In this document: positions 7,565 to 11,085 of the stretch, piece after piece | How positions within the stretch are numbered: the stretch's first letter is position 1 | Layout of the letters: each line of letters starts with the position of its first letter | NCBI RefSeq assembly: GCF_006345805.1 | Contig: NW_021827139.1 | Location: forward strand, 1-11,085 | Direction of reading: 5' to 3' | DNA from: Octopus sinensis | Taxonomy: Eukaryota | DNA length: 11,085 nt | The notes under the pieces: model-generated | Database searches by the model: none | Told to the model about the DNA's origin: nothing | Seen by the model: the letters and a program-made list of their open reading frames with translations, nothing else | Program-made: the position numbers and the translations under genes

Positions 7565-8246
7565 AAATACCTCAAAGAGTTGTCGGGAATTAGCGATCTA
7601 ATGTTATTATGACTGTCCTTTCTTTCATTTCTGCCATCCTATGCCCCTTCTTCAATAGAATGCCTCCCACCTCTGTTCCCTTTGTTCCTTTCTCTCTCGC
7701 TTTCTTGCCCTCTCTTCATTTTAGTCTTTCTCTTCCATATCATCACTTCTTCTTCCCCTTTCCTCTTTATCTCTTTTCCACTTACCTTACACTGATTCGC
7801 ATTGCTTCTCTTCGTTTCCCCTCTTGTACCGATACCATTCCACCAGTGTTCTGCCTTCTTATAACCAAGAATGACTCGGACGAAAGCAGCACTGGGCTTT
7901 TAGGTCGCTCACTTTTTCTTAATCGATCAATGGACCGATTAAGTAAACCTGTCAATAGCTAACCTATAATGATCACTGGAAACAGCTGTAAGGCAAATTT
8001 ACTGCAGTGAAGAAAAATATGAAACGACCATCATTTATAACTTGTTTTGTATATCACTTTGAGTAAAAACCAGTGTTACTGGAACTCAATCACGGATATC
8101 AATAACAGAACAGCGGTGAACTATAATCTACGATCCTGCCTCAAGAATACGCGGAGTTCTTTACTAATCTTAACAATACTATTACCCTCATGTACTAACA
8201 AGAGCTTATAAAATATTTATTTCTCTTTGTATATGTATATGTATAT

Positions 8247-8748
8247 AATAATGATAATAAGTGCGTTTAAAGTGTGTTTAAAGCAAATGCAGTAATGTAC
8301 AAATGTCTGGAAAGTGAACAGTGTATAAGTCAGATTCATGCTTGCGTGTGTATAGAGGGGAGAAAATCATGTGTAGTGTTGGCGAATCTCATGAAGCATG
8401 GAAGTTTTGAAGGGTGCAGTGCTCGGCAGTTTGTTCCATACTTCAGCAACTCTTAGCGTGAAAAAATGTTTCCGAAAGTCATGGGAGCTGTGCTGTTTTC
8501 TGACTTTGTAAACATGTCCACGGATGTTAGATAGGTGGAGTTTGAAAAGGTGCTCAGAGTTATTGCTACTAAGATTGTTAATAATTTTATGGGTATCTGC
8601 CAAGTCAGCTGCCGGACGTCGGAGTTTCAATGTATCTAGTAAAGCGTTCAGAATATGGCAAATGCCTGATGGAGGGTTTTCTCTTGGTTGCACGTCGCTG
8701 AAAGGTTTCCAGACGATTAATATCCTGGGCAAGATAGGGATTCCAGAC
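8247..8748 (-). mobile_element. 5'-truncated CR1-type LINE 3' end (ORF2 C-terminus, 3' UTR, short (TTA)-like tail)
   Basis: Two overlapping frames join to VWNPYLAQDINRLETFQRRATKRKPSIRHLPYSER / LDTLKLRRPAADLADTHKIINN...IRGHVYKVRKQHSSHDFRKHFFTLRVAEVWNKLP...FKTSMLHEIRQHYT* (stop 8369-8367). These carry CR1 motifs 'VW.P....DI..LE.VQRRATK', 'RRL..DL...KI', 'TRGH..K' and 'FF..RV...WN.LP'. Homology stops at 8748 beside a (TA)n tract. Confidence 0.9.
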
Positions 8749-9039
8749 TATATATATATATATATATGTATGTATAAAATTGCCATTGAGGTGACTAAGG
8801 ATGCAACTCACTACCAGCATTGCTAGAAATAAGAATCAAAACAACTCTTAGCCACGGATAAAACACTTATCTATTGACTGACAAGGGAGACAACCTCCCT
8901 ACAGCAAGCCAACAAGCGAGATCGTTAGATCACGGAGGATTTCAGATGTCTTCCATATTTTATCCCCGTTATTCGCGTATTTAACTCATTTGTTTTGGTA
9001 TTTCATCTTGTTTACACAGTTGGTGACGTCCTGTACTCA

Positions 9040-9120
9040 TATATGCATATATATATATAAAATTTATATTATATATATATAAATATAGATAGATAGATAT
9101 AGACATAGATATTGTATGTG

Positions 9121-9155
<35 letters not shown>

Positions 9156-9175
9156 GTGTGTGTATAGATAGATAG

Positions 9176-9206
<31 letters not shown>

Positions 9207-9265
9207 TGTATGTATGTATGTATGTATGTATGTATGTATGTATGTATGTATGTATGTGTCTGCGT
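9040..9265. repeat. Compound microsatellite: (TA)n, (GATA)n, (GTAT)n
   Basis: Direct reading; near-pure (GTAT)n at ~9177-9256. Confidence 0.97.
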
Positions 9266-9417
9266 GTGTGTATGCGCGCGTGGGAGGCGAACGCAAAATT
9301 CGGGCACAAAAGGTAGTAGTTAAATAAACGACCGACCAACCAGCCAGCCACCCAACTAACCAGGCCAACCCAATGACACATATCAAAATGTACAAGACAA
9401 TTAAAAAGAAAACACAA

Positions 9418-9454
<37 letters not shown>

Positions 9455-9487
9455 TAATAATAATAATAATAATAATATAAATAGTAA

Positions 9488-9520
<33 letters not shown>

Positions 9521-9647
9521 GAACAATCATAATAATATATAAGAACAATAATAATAATAATAAAATATAATAATAATAATAATCTAATAATAATAATAAT
9601 TAATAATAATAATAATATAATAATAATAATAGTAATAGTAATAGTAA

Positions 9648-9679
<32 letters not shown>

Positions 9680-9878
9680 TGTTTATATAATAATATAATA
9701 ATAATAATAATAATGATATAATATAATAATAATAATAATAATATAATAATAATAGTAATAGTAGTAATAATAATAATATATACTAATAATAGTAATAGTA
9801 GTAGTAGTAGTAAAAATAATAATATAATAATAATAATAATAATAATATAATAATAATAATAATAATAATAATATATAA
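9418..9878. repeat. ~460-bp (TAA)n array with TA interruptions and (TAG)n islands
   Basis: Direct reading; TAG islands at ~9630-9680, ~9753-9765 and ~9790-9812. Confidence 0.97.
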
Positions 9879-9920
9879 TGAAATGCAAATAAAATAGAGA
9901 AAACAAAACATCGTAATGAT

Positions 9921-10006
9921 AGCAACAACGATAACTACGACGACCATAATAACATGAACGACAACAACAATAACAACAGCAACAGCAACAGCAACAACAA
10001 CAACAA
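9921..10006. repeat. Degenerate (CAA)/(CAG)/(CGA) trinucleotide tract
   Basis: caacaacgataactacgacgacc...acaacaacaataacaacagcaacagcaacagcaacaacaacaac. Confidence 0.9.
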
Positions 10007-10189
10007 ACTGTCCAAATAAGAGAGAAAGAAATAAGCAGACAGAGTGGAGACATAGCAAATACGATTGCCTCACCTCTCTAAAATGGTCTAAGCCGTAGTT
10101 TCCCACGCTCTCCGTGGCAAGGCTTAACTCACAGTTATCAGGGATCTAGACGGGCTTTATCGTCTGCGATGCTGAACCCTTTGGAACCC

Positions 10190-10341
10190 GTGTGTGTGTG
10201 TGTGTGTATGTTAGTACGTGCGTGGGTGAGTGCATATGTGTGTGTGTGTGTGTGTGTGTGTGTACCTACGCATGCGTGTGTGTATGTGTGTTTGTGTGTG
10301 TGTGTATGTGTGTGTGTGTGTATGTGTGTGTGTGTGTGTGT
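10190..10341. repeat. Interrupted (GT)n microsatellite
   Basis: Direct reading. Confidence 0.97.
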
Positions 10342-10422
10342 AGACATACATAAATACGGGGAAGACGGATGGGAGAAGTCATGCCCATGAGCTACTCCGG
10401 GCCAATACAGATTCTCGTATTA

Positions 10423-10897
<475 letters not shown>

Positions 10898-11085
10898 ATT
10901 GTCTTTTATGCGCGTAAGAAGGCCAGTGACAAAGAAGAGAAGAGGTGAGATTGTGCGGAGGAACCAAAGCGAGGAAAAATATGATACAGTGTCTTTGCAG
11001 TTTTATAAACGTCTGAAATTCGTACACGTAATCATTCGTTCGCAAACACGGAAAACAATAAATCCTTATAATAGGGGCAAGGCCT

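Noticed and set aside
7609-7962. 117-aa hydrophobic plus-strand ORF
   Set aside because: Arises from a pyrimidine-rich low-complexity tract (F/L/S/P bias).
8981-10106. ORFs up to 329 aa rich in I/Y/L/C/T
   Set aside because: Translations of (TAA)n, (TAG)n, (CAA)n and (GTAT)n arrays.
11063-11085. A|TCCTTATAATAG, a possible 5' end of another Helitron
   Set aside because: Only 23 nt remain in the window; the motif is too short to support.

Overview
AT-rich, repeat-saturated non-coding eukaryotic DNA (intergenic or inside a large intron). I found no intact protein-coding gene, RNA gene, CRISPR array or prokaryotic system, and nearly all long ORFs in the supplied track are translations of microsatellites. 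The tRNA-derived SINEs and very dense (CATA)n/(TA)n/(TAA)n/(GT)n repeats resemble what I recall of Octopus (coleoid cephalopod) DNA; that assignment is from memory, not a search. The window is a layered transposon graveyard: (i) a degraded CR1/L2-group LINE (1-1020, minus) split by a clean ~370-bp non-autonomous Helitron (199-568); (ii) two 3' fragments of another CR1-type LINE (1818-2015 plus, 8247-8748 minus); (iii) a 308-bp hAT-type MITE with a near-matching 8-bp TSD (2356-2663); (iv) a possible RTE-LINE 3' relic (~3050-3230); (v) five copies or fragments of one tRNA-SINE family ('SINE-A'), one interrupted by a second family ('SINE-B', 5586-5819, perfect 14-bp TSD); (vi) a mariner transposase relic (7136-7410, minus); (vii) long simple-repeat arrays. 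The best points for follow-up are the nested insertions, the Helitron's long terminal hairpin, the inverted SINE pair as a potential dsRNA/ADAR substrate, and a 3' module shared by both SINE families. I do not see support for a novel biological system.
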